Source of the DNA: Candidatus Deferrimicrobiaceae bacterium
Lineage (GTDB): Bacteria > Desulfobacterota > Deferrimicrobia > Deferrimicrobiales > Deferrimicrobiaceae
Assembly (NCBI GenBank): GCA_963792415.1
Contig: CAWBVY010000001.1
Location: 288,001 to 352,000, forward strand
Length of the DNA stretch: 64,000 nt
Reading direction: 5' to 3'
The notes beneath the pieces were generated by a model. The model saw only the letters and a program-made list of their open reading frames with translations. It was not told where the DNA came from and did not search any database. Position 1 is the first letter of the stretch; each line of letters opens with the position of its first letter. A program made the position numbers and the translations under genes. Of this stretch, positions 43,043 to 52,507 are shown in pieces.

Positions 43043-44224
43043 TTATCGCTTCCGGATCACGCCCCTCGCGCGCAGGCCGGCGATCTCCTCGGCCGAATAC
43101 CCCAGCTCCGCGAGGACCTCGTCGTCGTGTTCCCCCAGGCGGGGCGCCCTCCCGGGAGCGCGCTCCCCCTCCCCCGCGATCTTGATCGGAAGGCCGAGCT
43201 GCCGCTCCGTCCCCCCGAGGGGGGAAGCGACCTCCACGACCATGCGGCGCGCGAGGGTGTTGGGGTGGGACATCGCCTCGTCGAGCGACAGGACGGGGGA
43301 GATGCAGACGTCCTCCCCGTCGAAGAAACGGATCCATTCGTCCCGCGTCTTCCCGAGGAAGATCGCCTGGAGATCCCGCCGCACCCCGTCCGCCGACTCC
43401 CCCACCGCGTACTGCAGTTCGTCGAAATCCCCCCTCCCCAGGCGGGTGACGAGCTTTTTCCAGAACCACGGCTCCAGCCCCCCCAGGCTCACGTACCCCC
43501 CGTCCGAACACCGGTAGGTGTCGTAGCAGGGGAGCAATCCGGCCAGCGGCAACGACCCCCGCTCCTGGGGGATCCCCCCTCCCAGAAGATTGGACGCGGG
43601 GATCGCCAGCGACGCGACCGAGCCGTCGGTCATCGAGATGTCGATCCACGCCCCCTTCCCCGTCCGCTGCCGGGAGAGGAGCGCCATCAGGATCCCGGAG
43701 AGCGCCATCATCGACCCGCCGTAGACGTCCCCCACCTGGACGGGAAGCAGCGCCGGCGGCTCTTCCGGACGCCCGGAAAGGCCCAGGACCCCGGCGTACG
43801 AGAGGTAGTTCACGTCGTGGCCGGCGACGTCGCGCATCGGCCCCGTCTGCCCGTAGCCGGAGATCGAGCAGTACACCAGCCCCGGGTTCGCCGCCGACAA
43901 GGTTTCGTACTCCACGCCGAGGCGCTTCACCACCCCCGGGCGGAACCCTTCCACGACGACGTCGGCGGTCGCCGCCATCTTCCGGAAGATCTCCTGCCCC
44001 TCCGCGGATTTCAGGTTCAGGGTGACGCTCCTCTTCCCGCGGTTCAGGTACCGGTCGAGCGGTCCCGTCCCGGGATCCTCGGCGGCGAACGGGTTGCGCG
44101 CCCGCGGGCTCGGCTCGTCGATCTTCACGACGTCCGCCCCGTGGTCCGCCATCATCATCGTGCAGAACGGCCCCGGCAGCTGGAGCGAGAGGTCCAGCAC
44201 GCGGACCCCCGAGAGCAGCGTCAT
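43043..44224 (-). CDS. CaiB/BaiF family III CoA-transferase
   Basis: VLDLS..LPGP, NRGKRS, EGFRPGV, GHDVNY. Confidence 0.92.
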   Translation of the reverse strand: MTLLSGVRVLDLSLQLPGPFCTMMMADHGADVVKIDEPSPRARNPFAAEDPGTGPLDRYLNRGKRSVTLNLKSAEGQEIFRKMAATADVVVEGFRPGVVKRLGVEYETLSAANPGLVYCSISGYGQTGPMRDVAGHDVNYLSYAGVLGLSGRPEEPPALLPVQVGDVYGGSMMALSGILMALLSRQRTGKGAWIDISMTDGSVASLAIPASNLLGGGIPQERGSLPLAGLLPCYDTYRCSDGGYVSLGGLEPWFWKKLVTRLGRGDFDELQYAVGESADGVRRDLQAIFLGKTRDEWIRFFDGEDVCISPVLSLDEAMSHPNTLARRMVVEVASPLGGTERQLGLPIKIAGEGERAPGRAPRLGEHDDEVLAELGYSAEEIAGLRARGVIRKR

Positions 44225-44269
44225 CCCCGATCCTCCGTTGGAATCTCTTGTGCTATCTTAATATCTCCT

Positions 44270-45037
44270 ATGGAAAAAGGGTTTCCGATCTCTCCGGACC
44301 GGGCGATCTTCCTCGCGGACGCGCACCTGAACCAGGAAGACATCCACACCCGAAACTTCCTCGCCCTCGCCGACAAGGCGGCGGCGGAGAAGGTGCCCCT
44401 GTTCCTCCTCGGGGACGTGTTCGACCTCTGGTTCGGCAACCCCGGGCTCACCTTCGGGTTCCAGAAACCGATCATCGCGCATCTGCGGAAATTGCGGCGG
44501 GAGGGGTTGCGCCTGTACTACGTGGAGGGGAACCGCGACTTCTACCTCAAACGGGAACACGAGGGGACGACGTTCGACGCGGTCTCGGAGGGGGATACGC
44601 CGGCGGCGGTCGGGAAGAAGCGGCTGGTCCTGTCCCACGGGGACACGGTGAACCGCGCCGATTTCGTCTACCGGTTCTGGAAGGGGATCTCGAAGAGCCG
44701 CCTCGCCAACGAAGCGGTCGCCCACCTGCCTCCCTCCATCATCCTCCCCATGGCGGACTGGATCGAGCGGAACTTCAAGCGGTCCAACCGGCGATACAGG
44801 GGGTCGTTCCCCGAGCGGGAGTGCCGGGAGTACGCGATGCGCCTCTTCCGCGAGGGGGTCGACTTCCTCATCCTCGGGCACTTCCACCAGGAGCGGCTGA
44901 ACCGCTTTTCCAACGAGGAGGCGACGAAGGTCGTCGCGGTCCTGCCGTCGTGGAAGGATCAGTGGCGCTACTTCTACCTCACCGCCGAGGGGGCGTACGG
45001 CTTCCGCGGGTTCAAGCCCGGCGAACCGCTGCTCTGA
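44270..45037 (+). CDS. lpxH: UDP-2,3-diacylglucosamine hydrolase
   Basis: ADAHL, GDVFDLW, GNRD, SHGD, GHFH. Confidence 0.8.
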   Translation: MEKGFPISPDRAIFLADAHLNQEDIHTRNFLALADKAAAEKVPLFLLGDVFDLWFGNPGLTFGFQKPIIAHLRKLRREGLRLYYVEGNRDFYLKREHEGTTFDAVSEGDTPAAVGKKRLVLSHGDTVNRADFVYRFWKGISKSRLANEAVAHLPPSIILPMADWIERNFKRSNRRYRGSFPERECREYAMRLFREGVDFLILGHFHQERLNRFSNEEATKVVAVLPSWKDQWRYFYLTAEGAYGFRGFKPGEPLL

Positions 45038-45081
45038 AAACCGAAGCGGGGAGGGAACCCGCGCGCCGGCGGGAGATCACC

Positions 45082-45750
45082 TCACTTCGCGGAAACCGCA
45101 TCCTTGCCGTACCCCTTTATGAGAGGCCCCGGGGGAAGGGTGTGGATCACCCCGTTGTTCGCCTGCCGGGCGAGGGGCATGTAGTTCGGGGCGGCCTTGG
45201 TGACCGCCGCCGCCACCGCCATGCCGACGAGGTCGACGAAGGGATTGCCGGATCCCCTGCTCTGTCCCGCGGACGAGTTCACCACCCGCCGGTGCTCCTT
45301 CCAGATCGTGTCCCCCGTCTTCGCGTCCTTCATCTCGTAGTCGAACTCCACGGTCACCGTGGTGTCCAGGAGCAGGTACTGCGCGGTCCACGCCTCGATC
45401 GTCACGAAGAGCACCGCGTCCGCCCCGAAGAGATTGCACAACCGTGCGGGGTCGGCCATGTGGACCAGGTCCGCGTCCGACAACCCCTCGTCCTCCAGCA
45501 CCCGCTTCACCATGTTCACCGGGAAGACGTAGTACCCCCGCTCCGCCACGGGGATGGACAGGGTCGACAGGAACAGGCTGGGAGCCTCGACGTTGTTGGT
45601 GTTGTTGACGACGGGGACGACCAGGATCGAGCGGGGGTCCGCCGCGCGAAACGCCGAGTAATCCCTCTTCGGCGGGGCGTGGGCGGCGGCGCACCCGAGG
45701 GAGAGGAGCAGGCACCCGAGCAGGGGGAGAAGGATCCCTTTCCGGCTCAT
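45082..45750 (-). CDS. DUF799-family lipoprotein
   Basis: Lipobox LSLGC; PRSILVVP, AERGYYVFPV, FGADAVL. Confidence 0.8.
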   Translation of the reverse strand: MSRKGILLPLLGCLLLSLGCAAAHAPPKRDYSAFRAADPRSILVVPVVNNTNNVEAPSLFLSTLSIPVAERGYYVFPVNMVKRVLEDEGLSDADLVHMADPARLCNLFGADAVLFVTIEAWTAQYLLLDTTVTVEFDYEMKDAKTGDTIWKEHRRVVNSSAGQSRGSGNPFVDLVGMAVAAAVTKAAPNYMPLARQANNGVIHTLPPGPLIKGYGKDAVSAK

Positions 45751-46193
45751 TTCTCGCCCCCGGCCGGCGCGGCCTCCGGGGGAGCCCCTGCCGGAGGAGG
45801 CAGCTCCCCGCCCGGCGCGGGCCCCGGACGGTTCTCCTTCAGCCGCCGGGTGTTCCGGATCATCTTGTCCATGAAGACGCGGGACTCCTGCCACTCCTCC
45901 CGCTCCTTCCCGTAATACGTGATCGCCTCGTCGAGCCGCCCCGCCTCGAAGAGCGCGTACCCGTACTCGGCGTACAGGCCGGGCGGCACCTTGTCCTTCT
46001 CGACCTCCGCCTTCTGCACGATCCGCCCCAGCCGTTCGACGTACCGCTCGGTGTCCTGGGGGTACCGGTAATGGTCGTACAGCGCGGAATCGTAGTCCCC
46101 CCAGAGGTAGGCGGTCTTCGGGGCGCATCCGCCCGCCGCCGCCGCGACCGCGAGCGCGGCCAGCAGCAGGAAGGAGGGACGACGGGGAGTCAC
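45747..46193 (-). CDS. DUF4810-family lipoprotein
   Basis: Lipobox; Y.WG.Y, VPPGLYAEYG. Confidence 0.8.
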   Translation of the reverse strand: MTPRRPSFLLLAALAVAAAAGGCAPKTAYLWGDYDSALYDHYRYPQDTERYVERLGRIVQKAEVEKDKVPPGLYAEYGYALFEAGRLDEAITYYGKEREEWQESRVFMDKMIRNTRRLKENRPGPAPGGELPPPAGAPPEAAPAGGEK

Positions 46194-46194
46194 C

Positions 46195-46494
46195 TCAGTG
46201 GACCTTGAGCGTCTTCAACTCGCTTTCGACGAACACCTTCTGCTCCAGCAGGACGGCCCCGTCCGCCCCCTTGACCGTCACGAGGTGGGTGCCCGGCTCG
46301 ACGCGGAGGACGTTGGGCTGGCCGTCGTACTGGCCCGCGAGGCCCGTCGGGACCCCGTCGAGGAACAGGACCGCCCCCTCCGGCGCCCCCTCGAAGGCGA
46401 GGCTCGGGCGCGTGTCCGGCGTCTTGACCACCGTGGACGGCATGGAGCACGCCGCGAGGAGAATCATCAGGGAAATGGCGAGAGGTTTGCGCAT
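46195..46494 (-). CDS. Small lipoprotein (PEGA-like)
   Basis: LLAAC lipobox; GAVLFLDG, EPGTH. Confidence 0.7.
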   Translation of the reverse strand: MRKPLAISLMILLAACSMPSTVVKTPDTRPSLAFEGAPEGAVLFLDGVPTGLAGQYDGQPNVLRVEPGTHLVTVKGADGAVLLEQKVFVESELKTLKVH

Positions 46495-46504
46495 CCCGTG
46501 CCCC

Positions 46505-47467
46505 CTACCTTGTGGGTTCCGCGACGTACAGCCTCGGGGAGAGCGGCGCGGCGATGGAACCGCCGGCCAGCTCGCAGACGGCCCCCTCGTCGGTCTCCGT
46601 CTCGCCGAACAGGCTCACCACCCTGAGCGTGGCCACCTGCCGCGGCGGGAGCGTCACGTCGAATCCCGTCTGCCTGCTCTTCACGGTGTCGCCGGCCTCC
46701 ATCACGGCCAGCGTGTCCCCTTCCCGCATCCCCTGCCGGCGGCCGCCGGTGACGAAGACCTGGCTCCCCCGGATCTCGAGGATGTCCGTCCTCCACTTCC
46801 GGTCCTGGAGCCGGGACACCAGCCGGTCGATGACGTCGGAGATGGCCGCCCCGATGGCGCGGTCGTTCAGCGTGGCGTCGTAGTCCGCGCGGCTGCCGAA
46901 GCCGGCGATCTCCCCCGACTCGGCGCTCGCCTCCCCCGCCCCGATGGCGGAGAAGTAGGCGTGCCCGGTCTTCACGTCCACCAGCCGGATGTCGACCTTC
47001 GCCTTGGCGGTCTGCACCTTGGTGCTGCTGAGGAACCCGGACTTCCCGCCCACCGACCGCCCGAATTCGGTGACCGACCCGATGATCAGGGTGTCCGACC
47101 CGACCAGCTTCGCGTCGCCCGCGATCTGCTGCTCCTTCAGGACCTTGTTCAGGTCGGTGCGCTCCAGGACGACGAACTGACCGGACTGGATCAGGCGGGA
47201 GGTGAGCATGTCGGACGCCTGCTTCCCGATCCGGTCCAGGTCGGCGTCGTTCAGGAGGGAGCGCCCGTAGTTGGTCTCGTTGGTGAATCGGCCCACCGCG
47301 ACCTTGATCTTGTACCGCTTCGCGGCGGGGGCCGCCGCCGCTTCCTGCGCCTTCTGCTGCCGGGCCGCCGGGACCGGCGACTCCTGGGGCGCCGGGGGCG
47401 TGGAGACGGTGGCGCACCCGGTCAGGAGCAGTGCGACGATCAGCGGGGAAAAGGCTTTCCTCGTCAC
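46505..47467 (-). CDS. CsgG/HfaB-family lipoprotein
   Basis: LLTGC; AVGRFTNET, FVVLER, GSVTEFGR, DIRLVDVKTG. Confidence 0.85.
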   Translation of the reverse strand: MTRKAFSPLIVALLLTGCATVSTPPAPQESPVPAARQQKAQEAAAAPAAKRYKIKVAVGRFTNETNYGRSLLNDADLDRIGKQASDMLTSRLIQSGQFVVLERTDLNKVLKEQQIAGDAKLVGSDTLIIGSVTEFGRSVGGKSGFLSSTKVQTAKAKVDIRLVDVKTGHAYFSAIGAGEASAESGEIAGFGSRADYDATLNDRAIGAAISDVIDRLVSRLQDRKWRTDILEIRGSQVFVTGGRRQGMREGDTLAVMEAGDTVKSRQTGFDVTLPPRQVATLRVVSLFGETETDEGAVCELAGGSIAAPLSPRLYVAEPTR

Positions 47468-47508
47468 TTGGGATTCCCTCCGCGGTTGCCGGGGCCGGCG
47501 GATTTCCG

Positions 47509-48093
47509 TCAGAACCGGTACCCGATGTTCGCCGTCACGGTGGCGCCATCGAGCCGGGTGTCGACCCCGAAGGTGCTGGTCGTGAGCCAGAGATACTTCC
47601 CCTCCAGGCCAAGGAACACGTTCCTCGTCGCGTGGTACCGGCCTCCGAGGCCCAGGTGGAGCCCCAGGTCCGCGGAGCTGTCCGACCCTCCCGACGCGCC
47701 GAAGGCCGGGGCGGAGATCTCGTCCTTCACCATGTAGACGCCGAGACCCCCCATCCCGTACGCCTCGAACTGCCCGAAGGGGGCGACCCCCAGGACACTG
47801 AAAACGAGGGGCGTGACCTTGAACTTCCGCTCCACATGCCCCGAGGTTTGCCCCTTCGTCTCGAAGTAGCCGAGGCTTCCCTCGACCGCGAAGCCGGGGG
47901 CGAGGTACCGGCCGAACGTCACTTCCCCGTTGAAGCCGGAATCGAAGCTGTCCGCGTCGCCGGCCATCGGGAAATACCCCCCCAGCTTCGCCTCCACGTA
48001 ATTGGGCGGTGGCGGGGCGGGGTGGACCGGATCCGGAACCAGGAGGACGATCGTTGCGAGGAGCGCCAGGACCGGCAGGACGGGACGGCTCAT
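47509..48093 (-). CDS. Outer-membrane beta-barrel protein (OmpA/OmpW-like)
   Basis: Signal peptide; alternating beta strands; C-terminal GYRF. Confidence 0.8.
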   Translation of the reverse strand: MSRPVLPVLALLATIVLLVPDPVHPAPPPPNYVEAKLGGYFPMAGDADSFDSGFNGEVTFGRYLAPGFAVEGSLGYFETKGQTSGHVERKFKVTPLVFSVLGVAPFGQFEAYGMGGLGVYMVKDEISAPAFGASGGSDSSADLGLHLGLGGRYHATRNVFLGLEGKYLWLTTSTFGVDTRLDGATVTANIGYRF

Positions 48094-48220
48094 AGGTGAC
48101 TCCTCCCTCGGCCGACGTGAGAACGGTCTATCGACAAGTATGTCCCCTCCCGCAAAGGCGGTCAATTCCCATCCCGGATACCACGCATGGGGGGCGTGAG
48201 ACGGGCCGGGGCTTCCTCTT

Positions 48221-48958
48221 TCAGAGATTCGCGACCAGCGCCACGGTCAGCCCCGTATCGGTTTTCTCCAGGTCCGCCGGGACCGGCTTGTGGTCGTGCC
48301 GCACGGTGTACGCCGCCTTGAGGGAGAAGATGTCGGTGAGGGCCGCGATGACCGCCGTCTCGGCGTTCACCTTGAAGTGCGAGGAGTCGGAGAAATCGTA
48401 CAGGTACTCCACCGACTGCGAGAGCCTGTTCTTCTTCGTGATCGCGTATTCGTACTTGCCGAAGAGGCGCCCCGTGAGGAAACCGCTGCTCGTGTTGTCG
48501 GTATAGTTCTCCTGCGTGTAGTTCAGCCCGGCCTCGCCCAACAGGAAATGCTTCGGCCCGAGGAGGAACTTGTAGCCCGCGCCGCCGCCGCCGTAGTACC
48601 GCTGGTCGATCCCCGCGAACCGGTCCTTGTTCCACCCGACCATCGCGAACGTGTAGACCCTTTCCGTGTGCATGTAGTCCAGCCGCAGCTCGCTGGCGTA
48701 CTGCTCCGCCGTGGTGACACCGCTGTCCGCGCCATAGAGGCCGCCGATCCTCCACGTCCCCGTGGCCCGCGGAAGAAACCGGTACGACAGCGTGTTCTTC
48801 CCCGCCATGCTGGTGGTGTCGGTGTTTCCGGTCGTCTTCACGAAGGACAGTTCCGCCTGGTCGCTCCAGACATTGTCGTTCTTCGGTTCCGCGGCGAACG
48901 CGGCGGGCGCGGCAAGCAGGAAAACCGCGGCGGCGAGCAGATACAGATTCCTCTTCAT
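48221..48958 (-). CDS. DUF481 (YdiY-like) outer-membrane beta-barrel
   Basis: TTGNTDT, DRFAGID.R, AGYK. Confidence 0.82.
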   Translation of the reverse strand: MKRNLYLLAAAVFLLAAPAAFAAEPKNDNVWSDQAELSFVKTTGNTDTTSMAGKNTLSYRFLPRATGTWRIGGLYGADSGVTTAEQYASELRLDYMHTERVYTFAMVGWNKDRFAGIDQRYYGGGGAGYKFLLGPKHFLLGEAGLNYTQENYTDNTSSGFLTGRLFGKYEYAITKKNRLSQSVEYLYDFSDSSHFKVNAETAVIAALTDIFSLKAAYTVRHDHKPVPADLEKTDTGLTVALVANL

Positions 48959-49059
48959 TTCGCGGTTCCTCCTCTCTTGTCAGGGAATGCCTGTGCGATG
49001 CAAGCGGAATCCGTCGGGTTTCGGGACGGGGGGACGGGACCGTCCCGGTTCTGCTCAAT

Positions 49060-49205
49060 GCGCGATCCGATGACATCGCCTCGCGCATCCGGACGAACGC
49101 CCGCATGATGGCAACGTTAACCCGTATCGCGCGGGAACGATTGAGAACACCGGAGAGCATTGCGACTCCTTGTTCCGTGAAGGCCGGCGGGAGGGTCGGC
49201 GTCGG
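49060..49205 (-). pseudogene. ORF6N gene, central/C-terminal remnant (copy 1)
   Basis: [37 protein letters not shown]. Confidence 0.8.
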
Positions 49206-49239
49206 CCGCCCCGACAGGGAGTGAGAGAGCTGCCCGACT

Positions 49240-49527
49240 TTATCCCAAAGCCTCTGCAACAGCTTCAGGATTTTCGGAGGCCACCATCAGCAAGGCACGG
49301 GCAGGTCCCTCTGGAGAGCGACGGCCCTGTTCCCAATTCCGAAGGGTGGAAACGCTCACACCTATCAACAGGGCGAATTCGCTCTGGGATTTCCCGAGAC
49401 GATCACGGATCGCCTTGATATCGGCCGGAGCAAATTTGATAATGCGAGAAGCTTTCATTTCGCCCCGCCGAATCTTGCCAGCCTGCTTGACACTCTCGAC
49501 CAGTTTGTCGAAATCCTGCTTCCTCAT
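49240..49527 (-). CDS. HigA-2/NadS-like HTH antitoxin
   Basis: SQSEFALLIGVSVSTLRNWEQGRR.P.GPA; overlaps the toxin stop. Confidence 0.85.
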   Translation of the reverse strand: MRKQDFDKLVESVKQAGKIRRGEMKASRIIKFAPADIKAIRDRLGKSQSEFALLIGVSVSTLRNWEQGRRSPEGPARALLMVASENPEAVAEALG

Positions 49528-49841
49528 TTGAAATCCTCCCGGACCAGGCGGCTGAGCACACGAAGCTGTGTGGGCGTCAGGTCTTCTTGCACATTCTTTG
49601 GATAGACGAACAGCATGTGGAAAATCTCCTCTTCCGCGGCCCAATAGTAAATCACCCTGAGACCTCCGCGCTTCCCGCGACCACCGACGCCCCATCTCAA
49701 CTTGCGAAGGCCACCACTCCCTGGAATGACAGCGCCCTGCTCCGGCCGAAATAACAAGGCCAACTGTAAGGCACGATATTCATCGTCAGTAAGGTGGTCG
49801 CGTGCCTCCTTGGTGAAGACGGAGGTTTCAACGAACCGCAT
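49524..49841 (-). CDS. RelE/HigB-2-like toxin
   Basis: FVETSVF, G.VIPGSGGLRKLRW, GKRGGLRVIYY. Confidence 0.88.
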   Translation of the reverse strand: MRFVETSVFTKEARDHLTDDEYRALQLALLFRPEQGAVIPGSGGLRKLRWGVGGRGKRGGLRVIYYWAAEEEIFHMLFVYPKNVQEDLTPTQLRVLSRLVREDFK

Positions 49842-49920
49842 AATCGATCATACGCCAATGGCGTATGGGGAGCAACATCACGGATCCAGTGCCTTCCCGA
49901 GAAATATGTCCAGGCATTGT

Positions 49921-50052
49921 GGATATCCGGTTCTCCACTCGTTCCATCGGTACGGTCATCGGTCTGTTCTCCCCGGGGAAAGGATTTTCATCCGATGAGA
50001 GCATGTATTGTGCCGATCGATCCCACATAGACGAAAGCCCCCGGGAGGGGGC
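49921..50052 (-). repeat. ORF6N 5' end plus upstream region (copy 1; ATG at 49959)
   Basis: CCACTCGTTCCATCGGTACGGTCATCGGTCTGTTCTCCCC, also at ~56301 and ~56889. Confidence 0.85.
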
Positions 50053-50094
50053 TCTCTTATGGAACCCCAGAACCGGGACGTCCCCGTTTTGGGG

Positions 50095-50250
50095 TTAGTA
50101 ATAGTACTTGGTGGCGTCGGCCTGGCGGTTCAGCACGATTCCCAGGACCTTCTCCTTCGGGTACATCCCCAGCGCCTTACGCACGTCCGCCATCGACGAC
50201 TTTTCCGCCTGGACGACGAACAGGATATGGTCCACGAGAGGGGCCTGATC
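50095..50250 (-). pseudogene. C-terminal remnant of a CpsD/CapB tyrosine kinase
   Basis: APLVDHILFVVQAEKSS...KVLGIVLN..KYYY. Confidence 0.65.
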
Positions 50251-50291
50251 TTTGACAGCCCCCCCTTGGATTGCGAAACCAGTGCTCTCGA

Positions 50292-50663
50292 CTATTGCGG
50301 GTTCTTGGACCCGTTGAGCCGGTACACGAAATTCGGCTGAACCGCTTTGACGTGACTGTCCTGCGTGCGGAGTTCCTCCATCCGGTCCGGTCCCGGGTCT
50401 TCGGTGAGGGTCACCAGGAAGATGTTGTGTCCCAGGTCCTTTGTGCCCTTGATCCCGAAACGACCGTAGAGGGCGGCGATGACCTTGACATCGGCCCCCT
50501 CGGCCAGTGTAACGAGGTATTCCCCCGGTACCCTCGTTTGCTGGGACCAAGCGCCCGCAGGCCCCGCCTGCAGATTGCCCGACGTATGGCCGCAGGCACA
50601 TACCATGGCGGCACCTGCCAGGGCCACGGCAAGACCGATGAAGCATGCCATCCCGTACTTCAT
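50292..50663 (-). CDS. Lipoprotein made of a stand-alone subtilase propeptide-like (I9/fervidolysin-pro) domain
   Basis: Lipobox-like CACG; VPGEYLV...VKAVQPNFVYRL parallels the neighbour's prodomain VAGEVLV...VEYVQPNYIYHL. Confidence 0.7.
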   Translation of the reverse strand: MKYGMACFIGLAVALAGAAMVCACGHTSGNLQAGPAGAWSQQTRVPGEYLVTLAEGADVKVIAALYGRFGIKGTKDLGHNIFLVTLTEDPGPDRMEELRTQDSHVKAVQPNFVYRLNGSKNPQ

Positions 50664-50671
50664 TCCGCCTT

Positions 50672-52492
50672 CTATTCCACCGTGGCCGTCAGGCCAGTAG
50701 GCGGGTTGATATACGCCAGGGACGACATGACGTCGATCACCTTGCCGGTAGTGGTCTTCCCGGCGAGGGCGGCCACCGCCCGACCACGCTGCTTGATGGA
50801 GTTGACGACATCGGAGTAGGTATATTGCGGGTTGCGTGCACGCAGCATCGTTGCAAGCCCGGCGACCTCGGGCGAGGCCATCGACGTTCCGCTGATCGTG
50901 TTGTAGCTCGTCGCATTGAGGGTCATCGTATCGATACGAACCCCCGTAATTGCCACGCCGAGATCCGTAAGGGAAGAATTGGATTTCAACTGAAACCCGA
51001 TGCTGCAGTTTGCACTGATGCAATCCGCTATATCCTCTGTCAGCGTGAGCAAATACGGGTATGTCGCTATCCCCGTGAAGCTATAGGGGATTATTCCAAC
51101 GTCAAACGGATCTCCACCCCCGCTAGAATAACCGATCCGGAAGTAGTCGCCGCTGCTGACATCGATTGCGAAACTTGCCTTCAGCAGTGCTACGTCGACA
51201 CCTGCAAGGTTAAACGATTTGTATCCCCGATCGTCCGTGTTGTCGTTGTATTGGCCGGTGGGATACGTCCCTGGATCGACCAGAAACGGGGTGGGAATCC
51301 CATCCACTGAAAGGGATTTATAGGCCCAGCCACCGCTCGTGGTGGTACTGACCGTCCACCCCGACGTCAGGCTGTCCGTAATCAAACCTTCCGTTCCTGC
51401 CCACGCGCTCAGGATATTCGTGCCCGGCGCGCCGACGTCCACGCTCGTCGATCCGTAATTGGAGAAGTAGGCGAGTTGATAGAACTGATCCAGGGCGGCG
51501 ACGCAGATGAGATTGGGTTGAGGGAAATTACACGGATAGGTCGGCGTGGTTACGTTGTCGTTATTCGACCCATCGTTGCCTGCGGAGACAACCACTACGA
51601 CATCACTGGTTTGCGCATTCGTGATGGTATCGCTATAAGCATTGTCAAAGGCACCACCTCCGATGCTCATATTGATCACCTTGGCCCCATTCGCGACCGC
51701 AAAATTCACACCCTGTATGATACTGGCTGTGGTGCCATGACCTGTTGCATCCAATACACGCACGGCCATGATGCTTGCCTTCCAACAGACCCCTGTAGTG
51801 CCCTTGGCGTTATTGCCCGCGGCTCCAATGATGCCCGCGACGTGTGTCCCGTGTCCGTGGAGATCCATCGGGTCGTTGTTGTTATTGACGTAATTGTAAC
51901 CATGGTTGGGGTAGGCCGATCCCCCGTTCCACATATTGCCCGCGAGTTCCTCCTGGTTGTAGTTGACCCCCGAATCTATAACCGCCGTTACAACGCTGCT
52001 GCAGTCGGTGACGTGATCCCAGGCCTTCTCGATGTTGATGTCGGCACCCGGCATTCCGAAATTGGGTATATACGTTCCGGTACTGACGACCTGTCCGGTG
52101 TTCTTGAACGCCCAGAGTTGGCCGTATTGCGTGTCGTTGGGAACAGCGGTCAAGTGGTAGATATAGTTGGGCTGGACATATTCGACATTCGGATCGTTCC
52201 GGTAGGCCGCAAGCGCCTGGTCCACCGTCTGGTTGGCGCCTACCTTGAGCTGCACCCATCCGGGTTGATTCAGGTTGGCCAGGACGGAATGACCTTGGGC
52301 CATCACGGTCGCTTTGCGAATGGACGTGGTGATCATCGGCTTGAATTTGACAAGCACCTCCCCCGCCACATATTTGGCCGCGGCAGGATGGACCTGGGTG
52401 TACAGGTCGGCGCCGATAGCGTTGGAAAGGGTAAGGACTGCGCTGGCGAGGACGACAATAAAGATCGCACACAACGGTGTTTTCGTCTTCAT
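50672..52492 (-). CDS. S8 family serine peptidase (subtilase)
   Basis: AVIDSG, HGTHVAG, GTSMASP; signal peptide and prodomain. Confidence 0.93.
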   Translation of the reverse strand: MKTKTPLCAIFIVVLASAVLTLSNAIGADLYTQVHPAAAKYVAGEVLVKFKPMITTSIRKATVMAQGHSVLANLNQPGWVQLKVGANQTVDQALAAYRNDPNVEYVQPNYIYHLTAVPNDTQYGQLWAFKNTGQVVSTGTYIPNFGMPGADINIEKAWDHVTDCSSVVTAVIDSGVNYNQEELAGNMWNGGSAYPNHGYNYVNNNNDPMDLHGHGTHVAGIIGAAGNNAKGTTGVCWKASIMAVRVLDATGHGTTASIIQGVNFAVANGAKVINMSIGGGAFDNAYSDTITNAQTSDVVVVVSAGNDGSNNDNVTTPTYPCNFPQPNLICVAALDQFYQLAYFSNYGSTSVDVGAPGTNILSAWAGTEGLITDSLTSGWTVSTTTSGGWAYKSLSVDGIPTPFLVDPGTYPTGQYNDNTDDRGYKSFNLAGVDVALLKASFAIDVSSGDYFRIGYSSGGGDPFDVGIIPYSFTGIATYPYLLTLTEDIADCISANCSIGFQLKSNSSLTDLGVAITGVRIDTMTLNATSYNTISGTSMASPEVAGLATMLRARNPQYTYSDVVNSIKQRGRAVAALAGKTTTGKVIDVMSSLAYINPPTGLTATVE

Positions 52493-52507
52493 GGGGTCAT
52501 CCTCTCG

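Noticed and set aside
49000-49015. sigma54 promoter upstream of DUF481
   Set aside because: GG-to-GC spacing is 9 nt rather than 10.
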